Positions 1 to 8,131 of a stretch of 42,360 bases of DNA are shown one piece after another. Under the pieces are notes generated by a model that did not search any database, was not told where the DNA came from, and saw only the letters and a program-made list of their open reading frames with translations. The translations under genes and the position numbers were made by a program. Within the stretch, counting starts at the first letter, position 1, and every line of letters starts with the position of its first letter. The stretch is from an uncultured Nitrospiraceae bacterium (GTDB lineage Bacteria > Nitrospirota > Thermodesulfovibrionia > Thermodesulfovibrionales > Dissulfurispiraceae). Where the stretch lies: positions 1 through 42,360 of the forward strand of contig CAMTVO010000047.1 of assembly GCA_947085205.1 (NCBI GenBank), in the 5' to 3' direction.

Positions 1-37
1 CTACAGGAAAGCTTATCCCAAGTTTTGCAACCGGCAT
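1..37 (-). CDS. 5' end of a gene running off the window (MPVAKLGISFPV...), probably a ribbon-helix-helix/CopG-type protein
   Basis: GGAGG 6 nt before ATG at 37; alternating hydrophobic N-terminus 'KLGISFP' resembles an RHH beta-strand; only 12 codons visible. Confidence 0.45.
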   Translation of the reverse strand, partial: MPVAKLGISFPV

Positions 38-147
38 TTATACCCTCCATGAAATACTATTTTCTATAATTAAGAATACCACAAAGAATACCATAATTCA
101 AACTAAGATTTTTATGCGCAAAGATTTAGGTGCATTCTTTGCCATTT

Positions 148-1173
148 TCAAACCTCCAAATTTGGGATTGTTGTTACAGCCACTCCTTGAACCTGAAAAT
201 TTTCAGTCAAGATAATCGGCTTATGTTTTTTATTATTTGATCTCGGCATTAAAACAACACAATTTTTATTATGCTGAAACTCTTTCACTGTCGCCTCATT
301 GTCAATCAGCGCTACAACTATATCGCCATTTTGTGCCGATGACTGCCGGCGAACAAGTATCAAATCGCCATCATTGATTTTAGCTTTGTTCATAGAATCG
401 CCTTTAGCCCTAAGCAGGAAGTATCTAAATCCGGGCTTTGCAAGGGACACAGATACAGGAATAAATCCTTCAATATAGAGCTTCGCGTCTCTTAAGTCTT
501 CTCTCCCCTTTTCCCATGCCACAGCCCTTTCGTAATCTCTTAACAATCTTTCACGCCTTTTGAACTCTTTTGAATGCACCGATCTCCTGCCGTTTTTGCT
601 TTCTACGCCCATATCGGCATGAAGCATCTCGTGGTAAACAATGAATTCCACAAAATAACGGGGAACCGTTTTTTTATCGAGTATGGGATTAATCCTTATC
701 GTGTTTGTATGGCTGCTGTAGCTTCCTAGCGTTCTCTTTCTCACCGCATATCTCGGACTCTTTGCGCCCCATGTGATTGTTGCCGAAACCATGCCTTTAA
801 AATACTCTTTATTTATGGACCCATAAATATCAAGGAGGTTATAGAATTTCCCCTGAGTCTTCATATTCAGCTTTTTAGGAGGTCTCTCTTTCAGAAAATC
901 TCTGTTCTGTTTTATGAAATCCTTGATTAGCGGCGTCTTTATTTTCCTGTTTTTTATGAGCAGCGCTATTTCTTTGATGACAGCATCTCCGGCATTAAGA
1001 AAAATTCTGTGGAGCCTTACCGAGACATTACTTCTCCCAGTCTTCACAGAGAGCATACTGGTTGAGTTATCAGTAATTTTTAAAGAAATGACTTTGCTTA
1101 TTGATTTCTCGAAATATGCCTTCAAGTAGTTTTCATCCCTTGTCAGCGGCAGGACTAACTGCTCCGTATTCAT
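148..1173 (-). CDS. SprT-like Zn-metalloprotease domain fused to a LexA/UmuD S24 peptidase C-terminal domain
   Basis: HEMLH motif after 'LGSY...IRINPILD'; C-terminal 'GDSM...GDLILV...NGDIVVA...EATVK'; start placed at ATG 1173 (TATACT 6 nt upstream). Confidence 0.8.
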   Translation of the reverse strand: MNTEQLVLPLTRDENYLKAYFEKSISKVISLKITDNSTSMLSVKTGRSNVSVRLHRIFLNAGDAVIKEIALLIKNRKIKTPLIKDFIKQNRDFLKERPPKKLNMKTQGKFYNLLDIYGSINKEYFKGMVSATITWGAKSPRYAVRKRTLGSYSSHTNTIRINPILDKKTVPRYFVEFIVYHEMLHADMGVESKNGRRSVHSKEFKRRERLLRDYERAVAWEKGREDLRDAKLYIEGFIPVSVSLAKPGFRYFLLRAKGDSMNKAKINDGDLILVRRQSSAQNGDIVVALIDNEATVKEFQHNKNCVVLMPRSNNKKHKPIILTENFQVQGVAVTTIPNLEV

Positions 1174-1258
1174 GCATATAGTATACAAACACAAAGTGCG
1201 AAAACTCCACTACACTACCATGAGGAAAGCGATAGGATTGGCTTCGAGCGGCTTTCGC

Positions 1259-1288
1259 TTGACATAATGCGGCGCTATAAACTAAATT
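1259..1288 (+). promoter_or_regulatory. sigma70-type promoter of tpiA (TTGACA-18-TAAATT), 8 nt before the ATG
   Basis: consensus -35, near-consensus -10, no SD before ATG 1297. Confidence 0.55.
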
Positions 1289-1296
1289 ATATAGTT

Positions 1297-2055
1297 ATGA
1301 GAAGGCCGTTTATAGCAGCAAACTGGAAGATGAATAAGACTATCGGCGAAACCGAGTCTTTCCTAAAAGAGTTCATTCCCCTCGTTAAAGATGCGCAGGA
1401 TGTCGACATTGTCATCGCACCACCATTCACAGCGCTCTATGCGGCATTACCGTTTTTAAAAAATACCAATATCCAGCTTAGCGCACAGAATATATTTTAC
1501 GAAGACAAGGGCGCATACACAGGCGAGGTATCGCCTTTAATGCTAACGGATATCGGCTGCAAATATGCGATAATCGGCCATTCAGAAAGGCGGCAGTATT
1601 TCAACGATACAGACGAAATCGTGAATAAAAAAATTAAGGCTGCGAGAAAACATAACTTAGATGTCATTTTCTGCATTGGAGAATCCCTGCAAGAGAGAGA
1701 GGAGGAAAAGACATCCGATATATTAAAAAGAGAGTTGCAGGAAGGATTGAAGGATGTGTCTTCCGACGGTATTGTGGTAGCCTATGAGCCGATATGGGCA
1801 ATAGGAACAGGAAAGACAGCAACGCCTGAGCAGGCGCAGGAGGTTCACAAATATATCCGTGAAAGGCTTGCTTCGCTTTACGGCGGCAAGGCAAAAGAAA
1901 TCAGGATACTCTACGGCGGAAGCGTAACGCCAGAAAACATAGACGACTTAATGTCACGCGAAGATGTGGACGGAGCCCTTGTTGGCGGCGCAAGCTTAAA
2001 AGCAGACAGTTTTGCAAAGATTGTAAAATACAAAAGAAAAAATCAGGGGAGGTAG
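1297..2055 (+). CDS. tpiA: triosephosphate isomerase
   Basis: AANWKM, IIGHSERR, AYEPIWAIGTG, LVGGASL motifs. Confidence 0.98.
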   Translation: MRRPFIAANWKMNKTIGETESFLKEFIPLVKDAQDVDIVIAPPFTALYAALPFLKNTNIQLSAQNIFYEDKGAYTGEVSPLMLTDIGCKYAIIGHSERRQYFNDTDEIVNKKIKAARKHNLDVIFCIGESLQEREEEKTSDILKRELQEGLKDVSSDGIVVAYEPIWAIGTGKTATPEQAQEVHKYIRERLASLYGGKAKEIRILYGGSVTPENIDDLMSREDVDGALVGGASLKADSFAKIVKYKRKNQGR

Positions 2056-2061
2056 TCAATA

Positions 2062-2397
2062 ATGGCAACTTTTATAATAATAATACATATACTGGCATCG
2101 CTATTTCTGATTGCCATAGTTCTATTACAGGGCGGAAAGGGCGCTGAAATGGGCGCAGCATTCGGCGGCTCGAGCCAGACCCTTTTCGGAAGCAGAGGAG
2201 CGGCAACCTTTTTAAACAAAATAACAACTGTTGCTGCCGTTGTATTCATGCTCACATCTCTTACATTGACAATAGTAACAACAAAAACCGCCTCTGTGAT
2301 AAAACAGACTGCGCCGGTTGACCAGAAAAAGGCACTACCGCAACAATTGCCTCAACAGCCGATACAGCAGATACCGCAACAGCCAATTAGCAAATAA
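2062..2397 (+). CDS. secG: preprotein translocase subunit SecG
   Basis: LLQGGKGAEMGAAFGG motif, two TM segments, tpiA-secG synteny. Confidence 0.96.
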   Translation: MATFIIIIHILASLFLIAIVLLQGGKGAEMGAAFGGSSQTLFGSRGAATFLNKITTVAAVVFMLTSLTLTIVTTKTASVIKQTAPVDQKKALPQQLPQQPIQQIPQQPISK

Positions 2398-2404
2398 AAG
2401 TGTT

Positions 2405-2508
2405 AGTGATTAGTGTCAGAAAACAGAAAAGCAGTGATTCTTATTGGAAAAAAGAAAAATAGCCTTATTAATTGTTTTTTACTGACACTGTCACTGACAC
2501 TGATCACT
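2405..2508. repeat. 15-bp inverted repeat (AGTGATTAGTGTCAG / CTGACACTGATCACT) built from short tandem units, spanning the start and signal peptide of the SBP gene
   Basis: arms 2405-2419 and 2494-2508, 1 mismatch. Confidence 0.75.
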
Positions 2509-4053
2509 TTCTTATCCGGATGCTCCAGAGAGCCTGAGATAAAGCATCCCAATACCATTACCATCGGCTTTCTGTCCGATGCAAAAAGACTCCTTCCGCT
2601 TCTTGCTTCGGACAGCGCATCCGGCGAGATAAGCGGCTACATCTTCAACGGTCTCACAAAATACGACAAAAACATAAGGATAATAGGAGACCTTGCAGAA
2701 TCGTGGGATATAAGCCCCGACGGTCTCAAAATAACTTTCCATTTGAGAGAAGGCGTTAAATGGCATGATGGGACGGAATTCACATCCGACGATGTGCTTT
2801 TTACATACCGGACAGTTACCAATCCAAATATACCGACGCCTTACAGCAGTATTTATGGGCCTGTGGAAAAAGTCGAGGCGCTGGACAAATACACTGTAAG
2901 GATTACTTACAAAGAGCCTTATGCACCCGCACTGGAATCATGGGGAATGGGAATTATCCCGAAACATTATATTGAAGGAAAGGACATCACATCTCCAGAA
3001 ATAAATCGTAACCCCATAGGTACAGGGCCTTATAAACTTAAGGAATGGGTCACAGGCCAGAAGATAGTACTTGAGGCATTTGATGATTATTTCGAAAAAA
3101 GGCCGAATATCGACAAGTTCATAGCAAGGATAATACCGGATACAGCCACGATGTTTTTAGAGCTTAAATTCGGAGGTATCGACTTCATGGGACTGACGCC
3201 GCCGCAGTACAAACTGCAGGCAAACACCGATTTCTTTAATAAATACTTTCAGAAGTTCAGATATCCATCATTTGGTTATACATACCTCGGTTACAATCTT
3301 CTAAATCCGTTATTTTCAGACAAGCGTGTAAGACAGGCTATCACCTATGCCGTCAACAAGAAGGAAATAATAGCCGGAGTTCTTTTAGGTTTTGGCACCC
3401 CATGCACTGGACCGTTCCCTCCTGAATCATGGGCATATAACCCGGAGGCAAAAGACTACGAATATAACCCTGAAAAAGCAATACAACTGCTTTCAGAAGC
3501 CGGATGGAAAAAAAATTCCGAAGATCTGCTGCAAAAAAATGGAAAGACTTTTTCATTTACCGTTCTTGTGAATCAAGGGAATGAGGCAAGGCTCAAGACC
3601 GCACAGATAATAAAAGAGCAGTTGAAAAAACTCGGAATCGATATGAACATAAAAGTCCTGGAGTGGCAGGCAATGCTGCATGAGTTTATACACAAAAAGA
3701 GATTTGAGGCGGTCATTATGGGATGGGGTCTGTCAAGAGACCCCGATATTTACGACATATGGCATTCATCAAAAACAAAGGAAGGGGAATTTAATTTCAT
3801 CTCATACAAGAATGTGGAAGTTGACAGGTTGCTCATACAAGGTAGACAGACCTTTGATATGGGAAAAAGAAAAAAAATCTACTACAAAATTCATGATATT
3901 CTTGCAGAAGAGCAGCCTACAACATTTTTATACGTTCCCGATGCGCTTCCGGTGCTTCATAAGAGATTCAAAGGCGTAGAGAAAGCGCCGTTAGGCATCT
4001 GGTACGACTTCATACACTGGCATGTGCCGAAGAATAAGGCGGAGTGGTATTAA
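2413..4053 (+). CDS. peptide ABC transporter substrate-binding lipoprotein (SBP family 5, AppA-like)
   Basis: lipobox LSGC; 'GDLAESW...FHLREGVKWHDG...DDV.FTY', 'PIGTGPY'. Confidence 0.92.
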   Translation: MSENRKAVILIGKKKNSLINCFLLTLSLTLITFLSGCSREPEIKHPNTITIGFLSDAKRLLPLLASDSASGEISGYIFNGLTKYDKNIRIIGDLAESWDISPDGLKITFHLREGVKWHDGTEFTSDDVLFTYRTVTNPNIPTPYSSIYGPVEKVEALDKYTVRITYKEPYAPALESWGMGIIPKHYIEGKDITSPEINRNPIGTGPYKLKEWVTGQKIVLEAFDDYFEKRPNIDKFIARIIPDTATMFLELKFGGIDFMGLTPPQYKLQANTDFFNKYFQKFRYPSFGYTYLGYNLLNPLFSDKRVRQAITYAVNKKEIIAGVLLGFGTPCTGPFPPESWAYNPEAKDYEYNPEKAIQLLSEAGWKKNSEDLLQKNGKTFSFTVLVNQGNEARLKTAQIIKEQLKKLGIDMNIKVLEWQAMLHEFIHKKRFEAVIMGWGLSRDPDIYDIWHSSKTKEGEFNFISYKNVEVDRLLIQGRQTFDMGKRKKIYYKIHDILAEEQPTTFLYVPDALPVLHKRFKGVEKAPLGIWYDFIHWHVPKNKAEWY

Positions 4054-4061
4054 AATTATTA

Positions 4062-4070
4062 TGCTATAAT
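4062..4070 (+). promoter_or_regulatory. extended -10 promoter (TGcTATAAT) of the TA pair
   Basis: exact TGnTATAAT, followed by GGAGG SD and ATG 4100. Confidence 0.6.
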
Positions 4071-4099
4071 GCTAATAGAAACATATGCGGAGGTCTTAA

Positions 4100-4342
4100 A
4101 TGGAAGACTATCATAAAAAAATTGAGATCAATCCCAAAATCCTTCTTGGAAAGCCTGTTTTTAAAGGCACGCGCATACCTCTTTATGTAGTTCTGGATTT
4201 GCTTGCCGAAGGAGAAACCATTCAGGAAATAATTAAAGCCTATCCTGATCTCACGGAAGAAGATATAAAAGCAGCTATACGTTTTGCATCCGATACAGCA
4301 AAACACATATCGGAGATAGAGCTTGAAACTGTTGATAGATGA
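4100..4342 (+). CDS. DUF433 family antitoxin-like protein
   Basis: 'INPKILLGKPVFKGTRIP...YPDLTEEDIKAAIRFA'. Confidence 0.92.
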   Translation: MEDYHKKIEINPKILLGKPVFKGTRIPLYVVLDLLAEGETIQEIIKAYPDLTEEDIKAAIRFASDTAKHISEIELETVDR

Positions 4343-4670
4343 AAACATCTCGCCTGAAATAACAGCCGATCTAAAAGCACTCAATTATGATGTAAAAAGC
4401 ATATCTGAATGCTGCAAAGGATATGATGATAAAAAAGTCGTTGAAATAGCTTTGCGGGAGGAAAGAATTATTGTCACTTATGACCTTGATTTCGGAGAGC
4501 TTTATCGCAACTTTGGCGCAAGTTCAATAATTTTGCGATTGAGAACTAAAAAGCCTCCTATGATTGTAAAGTACCTTATAAATTTCCTTCGCACAGCAGA
4601 AATTCAAAAAATAGATATGAGAAGCAAACTTGCGATAATAACAGAAGGAAAAGTTCGACTAGTAGGATAA
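4323..4670 (+). CDS. DUF5615 PIN-like toxin (VapC45-type)
   Basis: 'MKLLIDENIS...DD...IIVTYDLDFGEL'; overlaps the DUF433 gene. Confidence 0.9.
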   Translation: MKLLIDENISPEITADLKALNYDVKSISECCKGYDDKKVVEIALREERIIVTYDLDFGELYRNFGASSIILRLRTKKPPMIVKYLINFLRTAEIQKIDMRSKLAIITEGKVRLVG

Positions 4671-4704
4671 CTAACCTCTCAGATTTTTTCAGGATTACAT
4701 TCTT

Positions 4705-4902
4705 TCATATTTTACTGCTTATAAAGCGAGATTCTTTATCCTTTGTTAATTCCTCCACAGTTTCTAAATATGCCTGTATGGCATATTTAATATTTTCTAA
4801 CGCCTCTGCCTCTGTCTGGCCTTGCGACCAGCAGCCAGGAAGACCAGAAACCCAAACAGAATAACCTTCTTCTGTCTTCTGAAGATTTACCTTATATTTC
4901 AT
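4705..4902 (-). CDS. HicB-family antitoxin, orphan
   Basis: 'EEGYSVWVSGLPGCWSQGQTEAEALENIK.AI'; AGGAGG SD before ATG 4902; no adjacent hicA. Confidence 0.85.
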   Translation of the reverse strand: MKYKVNLQKTEEGYSVWVSGLPGCWSQGQTEAEALENIKYAIQAYLETVEELTKDKESRFISSKI

Positions 4903-4967
4903 AACCAACCTCCTATAAATATAGTATCACTTAAATTGAGCGATTTTGTATCTAAAATAATACTAAT

Positions 4968-4990
4968 GACAGGCGAGACGCCTGTCCTAC
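4968..4990 (-). repeat. REP-like element GTAG-GACAGGCG-tct-CGCCTGTC
   Basis: GTAG tetranucleotide followed by a perfect 8-bp palindrome, intergenic. Confidence 0.8.
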
Positions 4991-5112
4991 CCGTTGGGTT
5001 ATAGCTGCTTTTTTATTCATGCCGCCGTCACGAGCCGTATACTCTTTCATCATCGAAAGCATTTCTGCCGCGGAGGATTTTGTATGTTGCAAAATGCTAA
5101 AATGTAATTCAA

Positions 5113-5358
5113 ATGCCTATAATTACTGTAGAAAGCCTGACTAAAAAATTCGACAATATCACAGCCGTTGATAATATATCCATAATATGGGACAAGGAAT
5201 TCGGGTTCATGAAAGAGATGCTGGTTGCTCCGGTGTCGAGATTTTCGATAGTTATCGGCAAGGCACTAAGCGGAACTCTGGTCTCGACGATACAGGCATT
5301 GATTATACTGCTTCTATTCCCTGTCATCGGCCTAAAGCTCGGCATAATGCGGAAATAG
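5113..5358 (+). pseudogene. deletion-fused remnant of an ABC-2 exporter (ATPase N-terminus joined to an internal permease segment)
   Basis: 'IITVESLTKKFDNITAVDNIS' (ATPase start, ends before Walker A) joined to 'IIWDKEFGFMKEMLVAPVSR' (ABC-2 permease motif). Confidence 0.8.
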
Positions 5359-6134
5359 TGAACCCTATCGAACTCTATAAAAAACTCCCTAAGAAAAACT
5401 GCGGCAAATGCAGGCAGAAGACATGCATGCCATTTGCTCTTGCAGTCATAAGAGGAGAGGCAGACCTATCCAAATGTCCTTATTTAACGCCTGAAGATAC
5501 AGAAACATTAAAAAACTCCTTGACACAATCGGATTGGAGAGAAGAACTCATAGCAAGACTGAGAGAAGAGGTCAAAAAAATCAATTTTGCCGACATTTCA
5601 GAAGACATCGGCGCGGAACTGAGAGACAACAGCCTCGCCATAAAATGCATGGGAAGAGACTTCATCATATCTCCTGACGGAGAAATAACAACCCACGGAC
5701 ACATGACACCGTGGATAAAAATACTTCTCCTGCATTATATAAGAACCTCCGGAAAAGGAGAATTGTCAGGCAAATGGGTCTCATACAGCAAGCTCAGAGG
5801 CGGCATGGTAAAGGCATCTTCACTTCTGAGGGACTGCGAAGAACCTCTGAAGGAACTCCTCGAAAAAGATTTTAACAAAACGAAGATGATATTAAGCAGA
5901 CTTGGGGCAGAAAAACGCGAAGGCTTTCCTACAGAAAATGCATGGCATCTTTACCTTCTTCCCAAGATACCGGTTGTAATTCTCTACTGGCCTAATGAAG
6001 AAGAGTTCGAGTCGAAGCTGAAAATAATCTTTGATTCTACGGCAGACAGGTTTCTTGATGCAGAATCAATAATATTTCTCGTTGAGGGACTCGCTAAAAA
6101 TATAGAAGTCAATTTATCGCTTGACAAGAAATAG
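5358..6134 (+). CDS. N-terminal Fe-S domain + DUF3786 protein
   Basis: 'ELYKKLPKKNCGKC...TC..FA...CP'; GTG 5358 gives the expected N-terminus. Confidence 0.85.
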   Translation: MNPIELYKKLPKKNCGKCRQKTCMPFALAVIRGEADLSKCPYLTPEDTETLKNSLTQSDWREELIARLREEVKKINFADISEDIGAELRDNSLAIKCMGRDFIISPDGEITTHGHMTPWIKILLLHYIRTSGKGELSGKWVSYSKLRGGMVKASSLLRDCEEPLKELLEKDFNKTKMILSRLGAEKREGFPTENAWHLYLLPKIPVVILYWPNEEEFESKLKIIFDSTADRFLDAESIIFLVEGLAKNIEVNLSLDKK

Positions 6135-6150
6135 CATATATGTTCATAAT
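6121..6150 (+). promoter_or_regulatory. sigma70 promoter TTGACA-18-CATAAT for the small lipoprotein gene
   Basis: near-consensus hexamers; strong SD AAGGAGGTGA downstream. Confidence 0.6.
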
Positions 6151-6215
6151 TGATTTGGTAAGAATTACCCCCAATTTTTGGGCAAAAAAATTTTTGGAAG
6201 GAGGTGACTAAAAGA

Positions 6216-6401
6216 ATGAAGAAGGTATTAGCTCTTATACTTTCCGTTATGCTCTTAATAGCATTTACCTTTGCAGTCGGCTGCAAGAAGGCAGAAGAGC
6301 CAAAGGCTCCTGCACCGGCTCCTGCACCGGCTCCTGCACCGGCAGAAGCTCCTGCTCCAGCGCCAGCTCCTGCTCCAGCGCCAGAAGCTCCAAAGAAGTA
6401 G
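6216..6401 (+). CDS. small Pro/Ala-rich lipoprotein
   Basis: signal peptide + lipobox AVGC, (AP)n tail; strong SD, own promoter and terminator. Confidence 0.85.
   Translation: MKKVLALILSVMLLIAFTFAVGCKKAEEPKAPAPAPAPAPAPAEAPAPAPAPAPAPEAPKK
6305..6382 (+). repeat. coding tandem repeats GGCTCCTGCACC x3 and AGCTCCTGCTCCAGCGCC x2
   Basis: exact copies at 6305-6340 and 6347-6382. Confidence 0.9.
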
Positions 6402-6410
6402 TGCTGATAA

Positions 6411-6456
6411 AAAACACCATGAGGGCTTAAAATACCTTCATGGTGTTGCTTTTTTC
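6411..6456 (+). terminator. intrinsic terminator
   Basis: AACACCATGAGGG...CCTTCATGGTGTT stem followed by a T-run. Confidence 0.8.
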
Positions 6457-6503
6457 AGGCAAAAGCTGTTATATTTAAACATCTTTTTAATTATTTTACA
6501 GTG

Positions 6504-6530
6504 AAAAGAGTGGGTCTCCCCCACTCTTTT
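6504..6530 (+). promoter_or_regulatory. rimP leader hairpin
   Basis: AAAAGAGTGGG-tctcc-CCCACTCTTTT, the conserved GAGTGGG/CCCACTC terminator-like hairpin upstream of rimP-nusA. Confidence 0.85.
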
Positions 6531-6542
6531 GTTTTAGTGGCA

Positions 6543-7016
6543 ATGGAAACGAACGCAACAAAACAAAAAGTATATGAACTTGCTTCGCAGGCGGCTGAGG
6601 ATGAAGGACTGGAACTCATCAGCGTCGATATTCTCGGCAGCGGCAAAAGGACGCTGCTGAAGGTAGTCGTTGACAAAGACGGCGGCGTGACAATCGGAGA
6701 CTGCGAAAAAATGAGCAGATGCCTTGAAGCGATTTTGGACGTGGAGGACCCTATAAAGTGGCCTTATGTTCTGGAAGTTTCGTCTCCGGGTCTTGACAGG
6801 CCTCTTGTAAAGCAGACAGACTTTGAAAGAAACATAGAAAAGCTTGCTCGGGTTATCACGACCGATAAGATAGACAACCAGACATTCTTTATAGGCAGGA
6901 TTATCGACGCAGGAGAAGGCTGGATAAGACTAAAGCTCGGCAAGAAAGGCGAAGGCAAAGATATTTTTATCCCTATGGATAAAATATCAAAGGCGAGGCT
7001 CGAAATAGAATTTTAA
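6543..7016 (+). CDS. rimP: ribosome maturation factor RimP
   Basis: 'GVTIGDC', 'YVLEVSSPGLDRPL'; start moved to the ATG after the leader. Confidence 0.96.
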   Translation: METNATKQKVYELASQAAEDEGLELISVDILGSGKRTLLKVVVDKDGGVTIGDCEKMSRCLEAILDVEDPIKWPYVLEVSSPGLDRPLVKQTDFERNIEKLARVITTDKIDNQTFFIGRIIDAGEGWIRLKLGKKGEGKDIFIPMDKISKARLEIEF

Positions 7017-7030
7017 GAGAGGTAAGGGCT

Positions 7031-8131
7031 ATGTCAAAGGAATTATGTTTTGTAATAGACCAAATCAGCAGGGAAAAAGGCATCTCCCGGGATGCGCTTT
7101 TAAAGGTGCTTGAGGCTGCCCTCCTTTCCGCTGTCCGCAAAAAGTTCGGAGACAGAACCAATATCGATCTGCGTATAGAGCCGAAGACCTGCAACATACA
7201 GGTGTTTGAGATCAAGCAGGTCGTAAAAAAGATCGAAAACAAGTATGAAGAAATTTCATTGGATAAAGCCAAGGAACTCTTTCCTGATAAAGCAGTCGGC
7301 GACACTGTTGAAATACCGATACCTCTACATGATTTCGGCAGGATTGCGGCACAGACGGCAAAACAGGTCATATTCCAGAAAGTAAAAGAGGCGGAAAGGG
7401 ACATTATATACGATGAATACAAAGACAAGGTCGGCCAGATAATCAGCGGCACTGTGCTGAGAAAAGAAAAAGGCAATTACTACATAGGCCTCGCAAAGAC
7501 AGAGGCATGTCTTCCGCAGAAAGGTACGCTGCCGAATGAAAACCTCAAAAGGGGAGACATTGTAAAGGCGTACCTTTCCGAGGTAAAGCTTACATCAAAA
7601 GGACCTGTGATAATGCTGTTGAGGACAGACCCTAACTTCGTCGCAGCCCTTTTCAAAATGGAAGTCCCCGAGATACACGACGGCGTCGTTATTATAAAAG
7701 GGATTGCGAGAGAGCCGGGTGAAAGGACAAAGATAGCGGTATACTCCAAGGACACTTCCATAGACGCGGTCGGTGCGTGTGTGGGCATGAAAGGGACGCG
7801 GGTGCAGTCCATAGTCAGGGAACTCCGCGGGGAAAGGATAGACATAATACCGTGGAGCGATGACCCGCGCATATTTGTCGCAAGGGCTTTAACTCCGGCG
7901 ACTGTAGACAGGGTCGGCATAAACGAAGAAGAAAAGACCGCAATGGTAATAGCAGACGACCAGCAGTTGTCCCTTGCAATCGGAAAACGCGGACAGAACA
8001 TAAAGCTTGCGGCAAAACTGACCGGCTGGGAGATAGAAATACTAAGCGAATCCGAGTATTCAAAACTTAAAATGGAAGAAGCGGACAAATCCCTTGATGA
8101 GGCGCTAAGAAAAGAGAAACAGATGGAGTGA
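7031..8131 (+). CDS. nusA: transcription termination factor NusA
   Basis: 'FGRIAAQTAKQVI', 'AREPGERTKIAV', 'AIGKRGQNIKLA'. Confidence 0.98.
   Translation: MSKELCFVIDQISREKGISRDALLKVLEAALLSAVRKKFGDRTNIDLRIEPKTCNIQVFEIKQVVKKIENKYEEISLDKAKELFPDKAVGDTVEIPIPLHDFGRIAAQTAKQVIFQKVKEAERDIIYDEYKDKVGQIISGTVLRKEKGNYYIGLAKTEACLPQKGTLPNENLKRGDIVKAYLSEVKLTSKGPVIMLLRTDPNFVAALFKMEVPEIHDGVVIIKGIAREPGERTKIAVYSKDTSIDAVGACVGMKGTRVQSIVRELRGERIDIIPWSDDPRIFVARALTPATVDRVGINEEEKTAMVIADDQQLSLAIGKRGQNIKLAAKLTGWEIEILSESEYSKLKMEEADKSLDEALRKEKQME

Noticed and set aside
1175..1260. SOS box upstream of the SprT-S24 gene
   Set aside because: No palindrome or known LexA box motif recognised.
2398..2412. tRNA-Leu often found after secG
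   Set aside because: Only 15 nt separate secG from the next gene; no cloverleaf seen.
5005..5080. Possible structured RNA or riboswitch (CTTTC...GAAAG hairpin)
   Set aside because: No match to a family I can recognise; needs an Infernal/Rfam search.
5187..5357. N-terminal extension of the DUF3786 ORF
   Set aside because: Alternative frame over the ABC remnant; the domain begins at GTG 5358.
6501..6542. GTG start for rimP
   Set aside because: Runs through the rimP leader hairpin; ATG 6543 fits better.
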